64,000 nucleotides of DNA from an uncultured archaeon (lineage in GTDB: Archaea; Aenigmatarchaeota; Aenigmatarchaeia; GW2011-AR5), in contig CAYJTG010000001.1 in NCBI GenBank assembly GCA_964373255.1, positions 82,768 to 146,767 on the forward strand, given 5' to 3'. The notes under the pieces are model-generated. The model was not told the DNA's origin. It saw only the letters and a program-made list of their open reading frames with translations, and did not search any database. A program made the position numbers and the translations under genes. Shown in pieces: positions 1-10,090 of this stretch (position 1 is the stretch's first letter; each line of letters begins with the position of its first letter).

Positions 1-621
1 ATTTCTTTCTGCCGCCCAACAACAGGATCCAGCTTGTCATCAGCAACTAGCTGGGTAATGTCTGTCAAAAACATTTTCAGCTCATCAGGCAACGAAAACG
101 CCTTTGGTCTTGTCTGTTGCGTAGGCTGAGAAACACCGTGTCGATGTTCAACCGTAGGCGTTCCAGGGCGCCTCAAGCTGACGTATCGCACATGTTCCTC
201 CAAGGCAGACGCATCCACACCGATTTCTTCTTCCAATTCTGTTCGTAATGAAGCAACATCGATCTTCTTGGCAACAACGTATCTTACAAATGTGCAACCT
301 CTATCAAGAATCAAGGCAAACAAAAATATCTCAGCAGATACATTCTGATGTGCAAGTGCAGCAATCTTTTGTGCCCGCTCAATAACGCGCGGTACATTCG
401 AAGTATTTTCTTGAAACTTTCGAAGCATTTGAAGATCGTGCATGACACCAGAATAAGAAAGCTTGAATTTGTCGCAGACATTCTTTACCGGCTGCTTGAG
501 AAATTCGTAGACAGCCAGAAAAATATGAAGTGTAGTCATCTGCACAAATCCAGTTCCGCTTGCAAGAGAGTTCGCCCTCTGAATGATAGAGCCTTGATCA
601 GCTTGAGTGTTCTCTGGCATA
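1..621 (-). CDS. Partial CDS (runs off window start): Clp/Hsp100-family AAA+ chaperone, N-terminal Clp_N repeat region ending in an LDPVVGR motif
   Basis: Minus-strand ATG at ~621 with an upstream GGAGAA. Translation MPENTQADQGS...HQNVSAEIFLFALIL...DKLDPVVGRQKE resembles the Clp_N repeats and the conserved LDPV(I/V)GR linker of ClpA/B/C. No stop inside the window, so it is absent from the ORF track. Confidence 0.45.
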
Positions 622-680
622 AAAGTAATTCTCCTTTCCAAAGTGTTATCTAAATTAGAAATTAGTGAAAATAAAGAAAT

Positions 681-2414
681 TTAACTAAAATCTGATTTTA
701 TCACGTGCTTTACAGTATTTACCCTGCCACACACGCATCGATCAGATTTCTTGTAGCTCACGATATCCTCGACACCGTAAGCCACGACCTGTCCTGGAAC
801 TGTCACGCCGTAAAGCCATTCGCTATTTTTTTCCGTCGCACGATTTCCACCAACAAGACAAGTCCTTTCCTTTTGAATCAGGTTCCTGAACCACGCGCCC
901 TGTAACCAAGATGGCTTAAGCAATTCGATACAAAGCCTCAACGTTAGGTGAACGCTCGGACACGTCTCAAATACAGTTGCAGGCTGGGTTCCTCCGTAAA
1001 ACATCTCCCTCTGTTCTTCGGAAAGATCAGGCGCATCGCCAAAATCAACAGGCAGCTTGCTGTTGAGGCACTCATAGCAAGGGCCATTTTTGCCATCAAC
1101 AACAATTGCCTTGTAGTGCGTAACGCCTGGAAATGCTGTGGGTATCACATGCTTGATGCCCTTTTTTCTCAATGCATCAGCAGCAGCAAAATTATCATCC
1201 TGGCTCCGCCCCATCGCAACAACAACAATATCAGGGCGAAATAAATCAAGATAGTGCTCGAATGTTGTTATACTGTCTGCATTGGTTGCTGATAAATTGA
1301 GATTGATTCCTGCAAAATAGTTGGCTGTATGGATATTTTTATAGATTGTACCGTGCGGAAATTCCTCTACAACCCACTCTTTGTCGTCAGCTATTCTTTC
1401 TGAAAGCTTCCGTGCAAGAACAAATGGCTTTAGCTCATTTTCTACTTCACTGACATCAACCCACTGTCGCACAGGGTTGTATATAGAAAATGGCTTGCAG
1501 TCGACAAGAATAACAGAATGAAAATAGTGCGCTATGTCTCGTGCAAGCAGACTGGCTGTACCGCATCCGATTATCATGATCTTTTTGTCGCTGAAGAATC
1601 CCAGGGGCTCGACAAATCTCCGCATAAATGTGAATCTCTTTCTGATATAATCCTTGCTTGTCAATGGATTAATGAAACTTACGTGCCAAGGCCACCGAGC
1701 GCTTCCCTTCAGAACAACGCATTTTCGCTCTTGAAAAAGAAGCCGTTCTATCTCATCTACGTTGTTTTGTGTTCCTCGAAGAAGCACTGCTTTTGCAAGC
1801 CTCATCGTCTCATCGCACGCATCCAACCAATTTATGTGTCGCTCAAGAGTCAAATCGCATGTGTCAATCATTGCTTCATGACCAAGCGTAAGAAGGAATT
1901 CTGTGAACGCTCTTGGCAAATTCTCGTTATGCACAAACACCGCAGAATTCACATCGCGATCCTTGACGAGAATGAAGCTTATAGCAGGAATATTTACCTG
2001 CTGGGCGATCTTCTCAATAAAACAAATATCCTGCACAGACCCTGCACCAATAATAAGATCGGCATTAAGAGATCTTAGCAAAGGGTCGTAGCTCGTATTT
2101 GGCCTTTCCCAGACGTAGAACTCCCACTCTTTCTCCAAGATGTTATGGGTCATAATAATGTCTCGGAGTGCATCGCAGTAGTTCTGTCCAACATATTTTT
2201 CCCCAAAGGTGTAGCAGAACATATCACCTGCTGCCACAGCGGCATCGTCAAAGAAAACAAATCTTTTGACGCCACAACGTGCAAATGCCTCAGCAACCAA
2301 AAAGGTATAAGGGAGGTTGAACAGTGCGATGGTCTTGTCGCGCAAATAATTCCCAACAACAGGAATTATCCGCTGAAAATATTCATCCAGTGTGTGCATA
2401 ACATTTCCTTTCAT
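681..2414 (-). CDS. E1-like ThiF/MoeB superfamily protein, 577 aa. Appears to have an N-terminal degenerate ThiF-like domain and a C-terminal active adenylation domain (IIGCGTASLLARDIA...LVD, PVRQ arginine, GPCYEC and CVCG zinc motifs)
   Basis: GxGxxG Rossmann motif followed by the conserved R-Q. CxxC...CxxC typical of E1 adenylating enzymes. A second, degenerate ThiF-like segment (GVKRFVFFDDAAV ... ADLIIGAGSVQD...IPAISF) lies N-terminal. Confidence 0.7.
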   Translation of the reverse strand: MKGNVMHTLDEYFQRIIPVVGNYLRDKTIALFNLPYTFLVAEAFARCGVKRFVFFDDAAVAAGDMFCYTFGEKYVGQNYCDALRDIIMTHNILEKEWEFYVWERPNTSYDPLLRSLNADLIIGAGSVQDICFIEKIAQQVNIPAISFILVKDRDVNSAVFVHNENLPRAFTEFLLTLGHEAMIDTCDLTLERHINWLDACDETMRLAKAVLLRGTQNNVDEIERLLFQERKCVVLKGSARWPWHVSFINPLTSKDYIRKRFTFMRRFVEPLGFFSDKKIMIIGCGTASLLARDIAHYFHSVILVDCKPFSIYNPVRQWVDVSEVENELKPFVLARKLSERIADDKEWVVEEFPHGTIYKNIHTANYFAGINLNLSATNADSITTFEHYLDLFRPDIVVVAMGRSQDDNFAAADALRKKGIKHVIPTAFPGVTHYKAIVVDGKNGPCYECLNSKLPVDFGDAPDLSEEQREMFYGGTQPATVFETCPSVHLTLRLCIELLKPSWLQGAWFRNLIQKERTCLVGGNRATEKNSEWLYGVTVPGQVVAYGVEDIVSYKKSDRCVCGRVNTVKHVIKSDFS

Positions 2415-2449
2415 TAGTTAAAGACTATAAGTTCATTTTCCTATTTGCT

Positions 2450-3349
2450 TTATTTAATTTTGTTCAAGAGGTTGAAGAGAAAATTATTATCGTCCAAAGA
2501 GGGTGCATTCTCACAAGGGTCAATATCACATACAACACCTTTCCCCTTCTTATAAATGCGCCCTCCGTCTTTCGGAAAGAAGGGTGAAAGTACAATAGAC
2601 ATATGACGATCTTTCCAAACAACATCGTATCGCCGCCACCCTCTTAACAATGCCGAAGCGCAAGGATTGCACCCTGCTCCGTTAAGAACCTGAAAATTCA
2701 GCTCTTCCCATAATTTTCCCTTTGTTGTATACCAAAATGGCAGCTGCCTTGCCTCTTCTGCGAAGATGTGGTCGTCTGGTATCAAAATGACATCGCCCAA
2801 GCTTGTATTGATGCCTATTTTATTCAGTGCAAAGCATCCGATGCGCCATCCATGTTCAGAAAAAGAAGGGATCATAATGAAGCTGAATGTCGTTGCAAAT
2901 CCAAGCCTGTAAGACAGATCAAAGGTTCTGTACACCGTAGCAAGATCTCCGCCAGAGAGCCATGGTTCTTGTGAGAATGGGTGGCTGTGCTGCTTTCCGA
3001 CGAGCTCTAGAAGTGGATTTCTGCTTATTATCTCCTCAATCTGATCGTTGAAAAATCTGTTAATCTTGTTGAGTTTCCTGCTCTTGAATCCGGCATGTCC
3101 TTCAGAGTAGTTCTTTGCCTCATCAGGCGGAATTGCCACGTCCATCACGATAACATGCCCGACCTCGTCAAGTCCGACCTTCTCAAGCGGTGTTTTTTTC
3201 ACATCGTGTCCAAGCTTGATATGCATAACAGGATACATGGCCGCCTCAAAAGGCCTTCCGCATTTCTGAATACCGAAATCAAAAAACTTCTTTGCCTCCT
3301 CAACTGCTTTGCTAAATGCTGATTCTATGTAAAAAATCAGAGGTTTCAT
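2450..3349 (-). CDS. JAB/MPN (JAMM) metalloprotease-domain protein with a C-terminal Cys-rich (CNPC...CDIDPC) extension
   Basis: HSHPFSQEPWLSGGD matches JAMM HxHx7-9Sx2D with an upstream Glu. The track ORF 2450..3496 begins with TTG directly after the upstream stop. The ATG at ~3349 (MKPLIFY) sits behind an AT-rich promoter-like stretch and is the likelier start. Confidence 0.65.
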   Translation of the reverse strand: MKPLIFYIESAFSKAVEEAKKFFDFGIQKCGRPFEAAMYPVMHIKLGHDVKKTPLEKVGLDEVGHVIVMDVAIPPDEAKNYSEGHAGFKSRKLNKINRFFNDQIEEIISRNPLLELVGKQHSHPFSQEPWLSGGDLATVYRTFDLSYRLGFATTFSFIMIPSFSEHGWRIGCFALNKIGINTSLGDVILIPDDHIFAEEARQLPFWYTTKGKLWEELNFQVLNGAGCNPCASALLRGWRRYDVVWKDRHMSIVLSPFFPKDGGRIYKKGKGVVCDIDPCENAPSLDDNNFLFNLLNKIK

Positions 3350-3492
3350 TGTGAAAATTCCTTTCTTAAAATTTCTTTTGTGACAATTGTAACTAGTGGC
3401 ATGAAGCGCCGCTAAGCAAAACAAGCCAAATTTTTTATGAATTTTATTTGAAAAGACGCAGGTCAAAGAAAGATAACCTGCGCCTTTTCTGA

Positions 3493-4332
3493 TCAATCAA
3501 TGTTCACGTACCGGTTGAATGCGTGCTGGAGTCTTTCACCCTTCTGAGGCCGCCCGATCGTGTTGTAGATGTCATGCATGCCGCCAACTTCCTGCAGCAC
3601 CCTATCAAGCTTGCCGACTATTTTCAAGTCAGCAATGATCAGGTCTATTCCAATGCGCGGCAACACACGGCTCTGGAGCACCATTCTCAATGGCTGTTTA
3701 TGATAGTGGGAAAAATTGCACAGCCTGTAATGGCCTCGTATATTCTCGCCTGCCGTGTGCGCAACTGGAATATCCAAGATCCTGAAGTAGTATTCTGACA
3801 GATAGGTAGACGACTCAGTCGAAGGGCCGCTCGATGCGTACACAGCAAGCACAGGAGGTGCAAAGTATATGGTATCCTTTGCATAGATGAAGTACGAATT
3901 AAAGATGTCTCTTTCATCGCCCTCATCCATCTCTTCTATGCGCTTATCCACAGACTTTAGAAATGGCCTTCCGCGCAATCGCTCGCCGTCACGCGTGCCT
4001 ATGTTGAAGACAAGCCTTCCGACGAATCCGAGCAAAGCGCTAGGATGCGGAGGGTATTCTCTTTCACAGGCAACGCACTCGAACCTGTCAGCAACTATAA
4101 TCAGGTTGCCACAGTTTGGGCATTCAGCAAATCCTTCGCCAGGGTTTGTGATGGAAGTGATAAAAGACGGGAAAAATCGCTTCATCTCCTCCATCTCTTC
4201 CACTAGGGCATCAGGATCCCGTCTTGCCCATGAGATGTGGCGTTGAATGACGTCCGGATTTACAATCCACGTTCTGGGTGACTCATCAGGGTGAACGAGC
4301 TTTTGCTGGGTGATATCCATGGCAGACCTCAT
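3493..4332 (-). CDS. Uncharacterized protein with internal zinc ribbon (CPNCG...CVAC), 279 aa; member of the E1/JAB operon
   Basis: ATGA start/stop overlap with the upstream 136-aa ORF. Stop overlaps a TTG in the JAB gene frame. Four-Cys knuckle. No family recognised by eye; it could be a divergent E2-like or adaptor protein. Confidence 0.55.
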   Translation of the reverse strand: MRSAMDITQQKLVHPDESPRTWIVNPDVIQRHISWARRDPDALVEEMEEMKRFFPSFITSITNPGEGFAECPNCGNLIIVADRFECVACEREYPPHPSALLGFVGRLVFNIGTRDGERLRGRPFLKSVDKRIEEMDEGDERDIFNSYFIYAKDTIYFAPPVLAVYASSGPSTESSTYLSEYYFRILDIPVAHTAGENIRGHYRLCNFSHYHKQPLRMVLQSRVLPRIGIDLIIADLKIVGKLDRVLQEVGGMHDIYNTIGRPQKGERLQHAFNRYVNID

Positions 4333-4739
4333 CCATAAAACTCATCCCGACGCAGATCAACGCGTTGTGTTGTGCTTGGCTTCTCATCGCCTGTGCTTGT
4401 GTCTGATGTACTCTCCTCGACCTTCATCTCTGCTACTGTATCAGGTGTTACGCTCGCGGTGACATCGACAACAACATTTCCGCCTTGATCTTTGACTACA
4501 CGACCTTCTTCTTCCACCCTCCATCCTTGGCGCCACACATATTTGTTGACATCCCATTCATAAACGTTGAATGGAGCTTCCTTGAGGCAGAGTGCAAATC
4601 GCGGAACACCGATGCCCTCAACAACGCCAAGATCTTTTCGAGGGAAGAGCTGGAACTTCGGATCGTGACAGTCGCACATCTGGCTTTTAGAAAGATCAAT
4701 TGTGCCAGTTGTGCCAGTTGCTTCTTGGAGTTTTTCCAT
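4329..4739 (-). CDS. Small protein (136 aa), first gene of the E1/JAB operon. Acidic Ser/Thr-rich C-terminal tail ending ...EFYG; candidate Ubl or E2-like partner
   Basis: ORF with ATGA coupling to the downstream gene. The protein ends in a single Gly immediately before the stop. Confidence 0.5.
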   Translation of the reverse strand: MEKLQEATGTTGTIDLSKSQMCDCHDPKFQLFPRKDLGVVEGIGVPRFALCLKEAPFNVYEWDVNKYVWRQGWRVEEEGRVVKDQGGNVVVDVTASVTPDTVAEMKVEESTSDTSTGDEKPSTTQRVDLRRDEFYG

Positions 4740-4869
4740 ATCTTACTTCTCCTTTCACAAATTAGAAATTATGAGTGTTTGGTTAATTAAAAAACAAAAT
4801 TAAAAAACAAAAATCAAAGTAGGTAGAGAAGATGGTACAAAATTTCTCTACCTACTTAGTAATACGGCA

Positions 4870-5598
4870 TCATCGCCTTCTTCGTTTGGTTCGTTTGTCC
4901 GTAAGACCCACTCCATGAGGGCCAACATCTAGACTCCCACTAAGTATTGCTGCATTTAATTCATCCGCAGTCATCTCAGTTTGAGTCGATTGTTCTGCTT
5001 CTTGTACTGCAGTGTGGTCAACATCCACTCCTGTCTTCGTTTCGGGTGCAGATACACCAACAAACTTGAACACGATTTCAGAAACAGGCGTGCCTTCAGG
5101 CTTCTTGTTGAAGTTGACCACAAGCTTCTTGTTGAGCAGGTCGAGAAGTATATTGTCAGCTTTTTCCGGATCAACACCAAGTTCTCGGACAAGAACCTGC
5201 GTTGTCAGATAGCCACGATACCTCTCGGCAATGAACATGAGCATGCGGGCGCTTGGAAACCTGTTCATCTCTATTATGAGAAGATAGATCCCAATCACCA
5301 GCAGAATTGCACTCACAACGAAAGCCCAGAAACCTACAAGCGGTATAGGATAGGGTGATCGAAAATCAGCTGCATTGACAATAGCCAGAGCAATCAGACC
5401 TATTCCCCACCATTTGACCTTCTTGCATGTTTTCATGTAGTTAGCTGGATTGCGATCGTAATCTTCATCGCGTCTTTGAAACATTTCTTTCTCCTTTCTT
5501 GTTAATGAATAATAGTTTTCTGAAGAAAAAGGGATGCGCCATCTCTTAGTAAGATCAACTAGATAACGCACCCCTTCTAAAGTAAGAGTCTTATTCAA
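4870..5598 (-). CDS. Membrane protein (two TM helices) with C-terminal soluble domain and poly-basic tail (KRTKRRRR)
   Basis: ORF with hydrophobic segments; start codon uncertain (several in-frame Met). Confidence 0.4.
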   Translation of the reverse strand: MNKTLTLEGVRYLVDLTKRWRIPFSSENYYSLTRKEKEMFQRRDEDYDRNPANYMKTCKKVKWWGIGLIALAIVNAADFRSPYPIPLVGFWAFVVSAILLVIGIYLLIIEMNRFPSARMLMFIAERYRGYLTTQVLVRELGVDPEKADNILLDLLNKKLVVNFNKKPEGTPVSEIVFKFVGVSAPETKTGVDVDHTAVQEAEQSTQTEMTADELNAAILSGSLDVGPHGVGLTDKRTKRRRR

Positions 5599-5605
5599 CT
5601 TACTT

Positions 5606-6859
5606 TTACTTCTCGTTGTCAGGCTTCATAATGCTCTTCAAGGCATTGATATTAAGCGCATCCCAAGAAAGAGCACTCGGCAAGCCCTTCGAGTCATTGA
5701 ATATGCGCAAGTTCGGGAAGGGTGTCTGTCCAGATTCATAAGCATTAGCAAGCACCCGATGACCGAACTTATAGGCTTCGAGATTCACGTCCAAGGCACG
5801 GTCTGCTTCGATTATTTTTCGCTTGTAGTAGGAGTCGCCTTCACCTTCCAGAATGTCCCTTATCTTGTTCTGCTCGGCTGCTTGTCTGTCAAACTGTGCA
5901 ACCTTAAGACCACCTTCTGCAAGTATTTCGACAACCTTTTTCTGCCTTTCAGCCCCGATAACCGTGACGATCTTTACCTTCTCGGCGTCGTATTTAGCAA
6001 TAGTGACGTTATATTTACCTTCCTCTTCTGCCTGAAGACGCTCGAATTGGGCTTGCTCGCCTCTCGCCCTTGCGGTTATGATGGCCATAATATTCGTTCG
6101 CTTGCTCGAAATTTGAGTCTCTATGCCTTCTTCGTAATCGATTTCCTTGATAACGAATTGGCTAAGGCCTATATTGTACTTTGCAAGCGGATTCTCTTTT
6201 CTCATGGGCTTGCCATCCTTATACCGCTTAACTACAACGCGCGAGCGAAGAGTCCGCTCATGTGTTGCTGGATCCTTTATAGTATCCTTTTTCTCCTCTG
6301 TTAAGTAAATACCGTACCGAACCTGATCCCAAGCCATCTCAGAGAAAGAACTTCTCTTCGTAGTGTAGCTCTCTTCTGACGCCATCAGAGCAGCTGTCAG
6401 AATAACTGCTTCTGATACAACCTGACGCACGGCTTGATTCACAAAGTTCTCATAAGAACGGAAACTCTTATGAAGACTAATTAGCATTGAATCATCATCA
6501 GGCAAGATGAAGCGAACATTACCGGTAATATTAGCCTGTCCACCGTCATTAAACCTGATAGGTATCGATTCTTCAAGGTCACCACCCTCGGCAAAGTGCT
6601 TGGAGAAGAAAAAGGTACCAGCTGCCTGATATTCGGATATCGTACCGAACATCTGCCAGTAGGTCTGTGGTCTTCGAATTGTGCTCATATCACCTGTTAC
6701 GGCTTCCTGCTTGACATGATATTTACTAAGATCAACTGTTTCCCAGATAAACGCTGAGAAAATGAATAAAATTACGCCAAGTACGCTGAATAACCAAAAA
6801 AGGGCCTTTCTGAGCGTGCTTCGACGTCCAGTATCAACTGAACTACCTAATGTAGCCAT
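5606..6859 (-). CDS. SPFH/band-7 (stomatin/flotillin-like) domain membrane protein
   Basis: N-terminal TM then an SPFH-like core and a long coiled-coil. Paralogous to the next gene (IRFNDGGQANITGNVRFILP vs VRFNDGGIAKISGNVRFRIP). Confidence 0.65.
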   Translation of the reverse strand: MATLGSSVDTGRRSTLRKALFWLFSVLGVILFIFSAFIWETVDLSKYHVKQEAVTGDMSTIRRPQTYWQMFGTISEYQAAGTFFFSKHFAEGGDLEESIPIRFNDGGQANITGNVRFILPDDDSMLISLHKSFRSYENFVNQAVRQVVSEAVILTAALMASEESYTTKRSSFSEMAWDQVRYGIYLTEEKKDTIKDPATHERTLRSRVVVKRYKDGKPMRKENPLAKYNIGLSQFVIKEIDYEEGIETQISSKRTNIMAIITARARGEQAQFERLQAEEEGKYNVTIAKYDAEKVKIVTVIGAERQKKVVEILAEGGLKVAQFDRQAAEQNKIRDILEGEGDSYYKRKIIEADRALDVNLEAYKFGHRVLANAYESGQTPFPNLRIFNDSKGLPSALSWDALNINALKSIMKPDNEK

Positions 6860-6922
6860 AGTAATTCTCCTCTTATTAATTGTTTTTGAGATTGTGATTT
6901 AGAAAAAATGAAATCTTTTCTC

Positions 6923-8206
6923 CTACTTACTCGATACGTCTTGCTTACCAGGCTTAAATGTAATCGGCTTGAACGTGAGATCAAGACCAAGATCTTTCTG
7001 CACGTGCTCATTGATAGCCAACAAAAGGCTATAACCGTTGTTATCGGCCTTATTGTTTCCAACCTCGATCTCTGGCGTTGGTCTGTGCTTGGCATAAGCA
7101 ACAGCCCAGTAACCGATTACTTCTTTATAAGTCTGAATGCGCTGCGCCAGTGCGCCATCTGCAAGCATAACCTTTCTGCGCTTTTCTGCTTCACCGTCAC
7201 CTTTCAGGATCTGCTCCATCTTGTACTGCTCTGCCTTCTGTCGGTTGAGTTTTGCAACTGATAATCGTGCCTGGGAAATTGTTATAGCAGAGTCTCTCTG
7301 CTGTTCAGCAACCACGATATCTCGTTGCATATCAACCCTGGCTGTATACTCAGCCTCGGTGACAGCTTTTTTTCCTGTCTCTTCAGCGGTTTTCTTATCC
7401 TGAATGGCCTTATCGGCAGCCGCCTTTGCAGTCGCAATAGCCTGCAAGGCCTCGCGTTTAGCCTTGATCTGGTTGAGTGTGGCTTGTTCGTAATCGATTT
7501 CCTTGATTATGAACTGGGCAATCTGAATACCATAATCTTCCAGCGGGTTTTCTTTTCTCACAGACTTACCATCAGGACCTCTCATTATATCAACTATTTC
7601 TTTCCTGACGGGTTCGCCTGTATCAGGATCTTTATCGAGTGTGATCCTCGATTCGGTCAGATAAACGCCATCCATAACTTGATCGCGGGACATCTCGGAG
7701 AATGCACTTCTCTTAGTCGTGTATGCTTCCTCAGAAGACATAAGTGCGGCTGTAAGGATAACTGATTCATTGACAAGCTGGAGAATGCATTCATGTACCA
7801 TCTCTTTATTCCCGCGGAAGTGCTTATGTATCTTAAACAAATACTCATCCACACGGGGTATTCTGAAACGGACGTTTCCGGATATCTTCGCTATGCCACC
7901 ATCGTTGAATCTGACATCAACCCTACTGTCGTTGTCGTCGTCCACCTTTACAAAATCATAGGCGTCCTCGATCTTGTACGTGTAGACATCTGCAAGCATT
8001 TTACGATACATGCCAGGATCGTAGCGCGCAGAAAGGCTGCCAGTGTAAAATGCCTCGACAATCTGGTAGTAGCCGTTGTTGTTGTCGCCGATCATGTTCA
8101 TACCAATACCAAGAACGGCAAGACCAACAACTGTCCATACCGCGATTCGAATGAATCGCTGGATGTTGCGAGGCACGTCGAATGTATCAAAGAATTTTTG
8201 TAACAT
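6923..8206 (-). CDS. SPFH/band-7 (flotillin-like) domain membrane protein, tandem paralog
   Basis: Same architecture and motifs as 5606..6859 (VILTAALMSSEEAYTTKRSAFSEM). Confidence 0.65.
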   Translation of the reverse strand: MLQKFFDTFDVPRNIQRFIRIAVWTVVGLAVLGIGMNMIGDNNNGYYQIVEAFYTGSLSARYDPGMYRKMLADVYTYKIEDAYDFVKVDDDNDSRVDVRFNDGGIAKISGNVRFRIPRVDEYLFKIHKHFRGNKEMVHECILQLVNESVILTAALMSSEEAYTTKRSAFSEMSRDQVMDGVYLTESRITLDKDPDTGEPVRKEIVDIMRGPDGKSVRKENPLEDYGIQIAQFIIKEIDYEQATLNQIKAKREALQAIATAKAAADKAIQDKKTAEETGKKAVTEAEYTARVDMQRDIVVAEQQRDSAITISQARLSVAKLNRQKAEQYKMEQILKGDGEAEKRRKVMLADGALAQRIQTYKEVIGYWAVAYAKHRPTPEIEVGNNKADNNGYSLLLAINEHVQKDLGLDLTFKPITFKPGKQDVSSK

Positions 8207-8423
8207 AGTACTATTCCTTTGAATTGTGAATAATGTGGTTTATTAGTTGGTTAGTTACAGAATTAGACTTACTTCACAAAAATTACTGCTTTACTGTTTA
8301 TTTGCTTCAGGTGTCGCTCGGCCGCTTGAACCTATCACTAAGCGCCCACCATCCACGCTCCTTTCTTGAAAAATGTGAATAGAATTAGTTGATTAAAAAA
8401 CTGATTGAGTTGACGACTCGATG

Positions 8424-8978
8424 TCACAACTCTTTACCTAACAGATGAATCACGCCAGGATAACGGCTTTTCAGGTTCATAGCGTAATCGACAAAATTGT
8501 GGCGCATGAGTTCATCGCACAAATGTCGCAGATCAACCTTGAAGCCTACAAGAACAAGATTTTGCTGTGTCCTGAGCTTCTTCATAAAACTTCCATTGTC
8601 GAACATCAGTTCAGCAAGAATCGTATCCATTGTGGTCACTTTTTCTTCTGAATCGAAAAGCTCGACGTACAGGGTTATGAAAGAGGACCTATAGTAGTCC
8701 TGCAAAATACTATCTGGAGGCAGACCTCTCATCGCAACAGCAGAGACAAGATATCCACCATCAAGCTTTGGGTCAAGGAATACAATAAGTCTTCCATCTA
8801 GTTTGACGCTGTCCCAGATGTCGGCCTGTTCATATCGCTCTGCTGGCTTTTCATTCTTTCTTGTTAAAGATATGACAGCCAAAACCGCAAGCACAACCAG
8901 ACTAAATACAAAGGTAAGGCGAAAGAACCCGCCTTTCTTTTCTGTCGTTTGTTGTGGGTTATGGTTAGTTATTTTCAC
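8424..8978 (-). CDS. Membrane-anchored protein of unknown function
   Basis: ORF with a single N-terminal TM segment. Confidence 0.4.
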   Translation of the reverse strand: MKITNHNPQQTTEKKGGFFRLTFVFSLVVLAVLAVISLTRKNEKPAERYEQADIWDSVKLDGRLIVFLDPKLDGGYLVSAVAMRGLPPDSILQDYYRSSFITLYVELFDSEEKVTTMDTILAELMFDNGSFMKKLRTQQNLVLVGFKVDLRHLCDELMRHNFVDYAMNLKSRYPGVIHLLGKEL

Positions 8979-9057
8979 TTTTAATTCTCCTTTCCGAGAA
9001 AAAGTTAATGATTAGTTATTAATTGTGATTTAATTTTTACAATCTTACTGCAAAAAC

Positions 9058-9354
9058 TCATTCATCCGTAAAGAAATCGCCCTGCTTTTTCTTGCGCGCG
9101 GTTGTGCGGGCTACTGACAATCGTTTCTTCTTGTTATCGATCCACCTGAGAACCTTGCTTATCAACGTCATATCAGAACCACTCATCATGTGTTTTTGCA
9201 GATTTTTGCCAGACTTTAGATTATTCAGTGTATCTAAGATTTTCTTTTGATCGATACCAGGGATTTCAATATCAGCGCGCACAACACGATAAAGAATTCT
9301 GCACTGACGTTTTGCTTTTCGTTTAAGCTCTTTCAATTTTAATTTTAGCACCAT
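9058..9354 (-). CDS. Small basic protein, unknown
   Basis: ORF with K/R-rich composition. Confidence 0.3.
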   Translation of the reverse strand: MVLKLKLKELKRKAKRQCRILYRVVRADIEIPGIDQKKILDTLNNLKSGKNLQKHMMSGSDMTLISKVLRWIDNKKKRLSVARTTARKKKQGDFFTDE

Positions 9355-9481
9355 AGAACATCCTTCTTAAAAATTATTATATATTGTTGGTTAGTTGATT
9401 GAAAATTAGTGCAAATTGAAGGTGGAATGCAAGATTTCAATTGTTTATAGTGAACCAACATTTACTGGGTTTACAATATAT

Positions 9482-10090
9482 TCATGAATTTACAGCGTTA
9501 CGATCGGCGAGTCTTTGCAGCGTTTCCTCCTCTTTGCCCAGTATCATAACATCATCAACGACTGGTAACGCGTTTGAGTAGGAATTTGCCCATTCAATTA
9601 TCGTTAATTCTCTGCTGCGCAGAACCTCAATGAAGCGCCTCGTGTGTACGCCGTTCGTCAGTGAAAAATCAGCTATAATAAATTGGGGCCTCGTTTCTCC
9701 AATCAGAACCAGTGCCTGAAAGACGTCATCAGATACTATAACTTTTGCGTGCTGAAACTTCTCCGAAATCATTCCACTGAGTTTCTCGACATACCCGTTC
9801 CTCAGAAAGCCGCTCTTCTGGACGATCAAAAATCGTACCTCCCTCTCATCGCTGCATTCGAAATTGATGGGTATCTTGTTTCTTGCCAGGAATTTTTTCA
9901 GCTCTATCGGCAAAATCCTGTGGTGTTTCTTATGTTTGCCTCCGGCTGTCCTGAATGAACGTAGCCCGCGCCCATATATCCAGTTCAGGATTGTTTTGTT
10001 GCATACTCCGCAGATGTCAGCAACCATCCCAACGCTCAGTGGCTGTGTTAAAATCTTTTTTGTTGATTTTGTAAGCACTGTTGTAGGCAT
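9482..10090 (-). CDS. DNA-binding protein: N-terminal MerR/excisionase-type HTH fused to a CheY-like receiver domain
   Basis: ICGVCNKTILNWIYGRGLRSFRT is HTH_17-like. KVIVSDDV...FIIADFSLTNGVH has the receiver acidic pocket and phospho-Asp position. Confidence 0.5.
   Translation of the reverse strand: MPTTVLTKSTKKILTQPLSVGMVADICGVCNKTILNWIYGRGLRSFRTAGGKHKKHHRILPIELKKFLARNKIPINFECSDEREVRFLIVQKSGFLRNGYVEKLSGMISEKFQHAKVIVSDDVFQALVLIGETRPQFIIADFSLTNGVHTRRFIEVLRSRELTIIEWANSYSNALPVVDDVMILGKEEETLQRLADRNAVNS

Noticed and set aside
348-653. Plus-strand 101-aa ORF at the window start.
   Set aside because: It lies antisense to a much better supported minus-strand Clp-like partial CDS that has a start codon and a Shine-Dalgarno-like sequence.
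2450-3496. Track start of the JAB ORF (written 'M' but actually TTG right after the upstream stop).
   Set aside because: The N-terminal 49 codons overlap an AT-rich promoter-like stretch; the downstream ATG (MKPLIFY) was preferred. A TTG-coupled start cannot be excluded.
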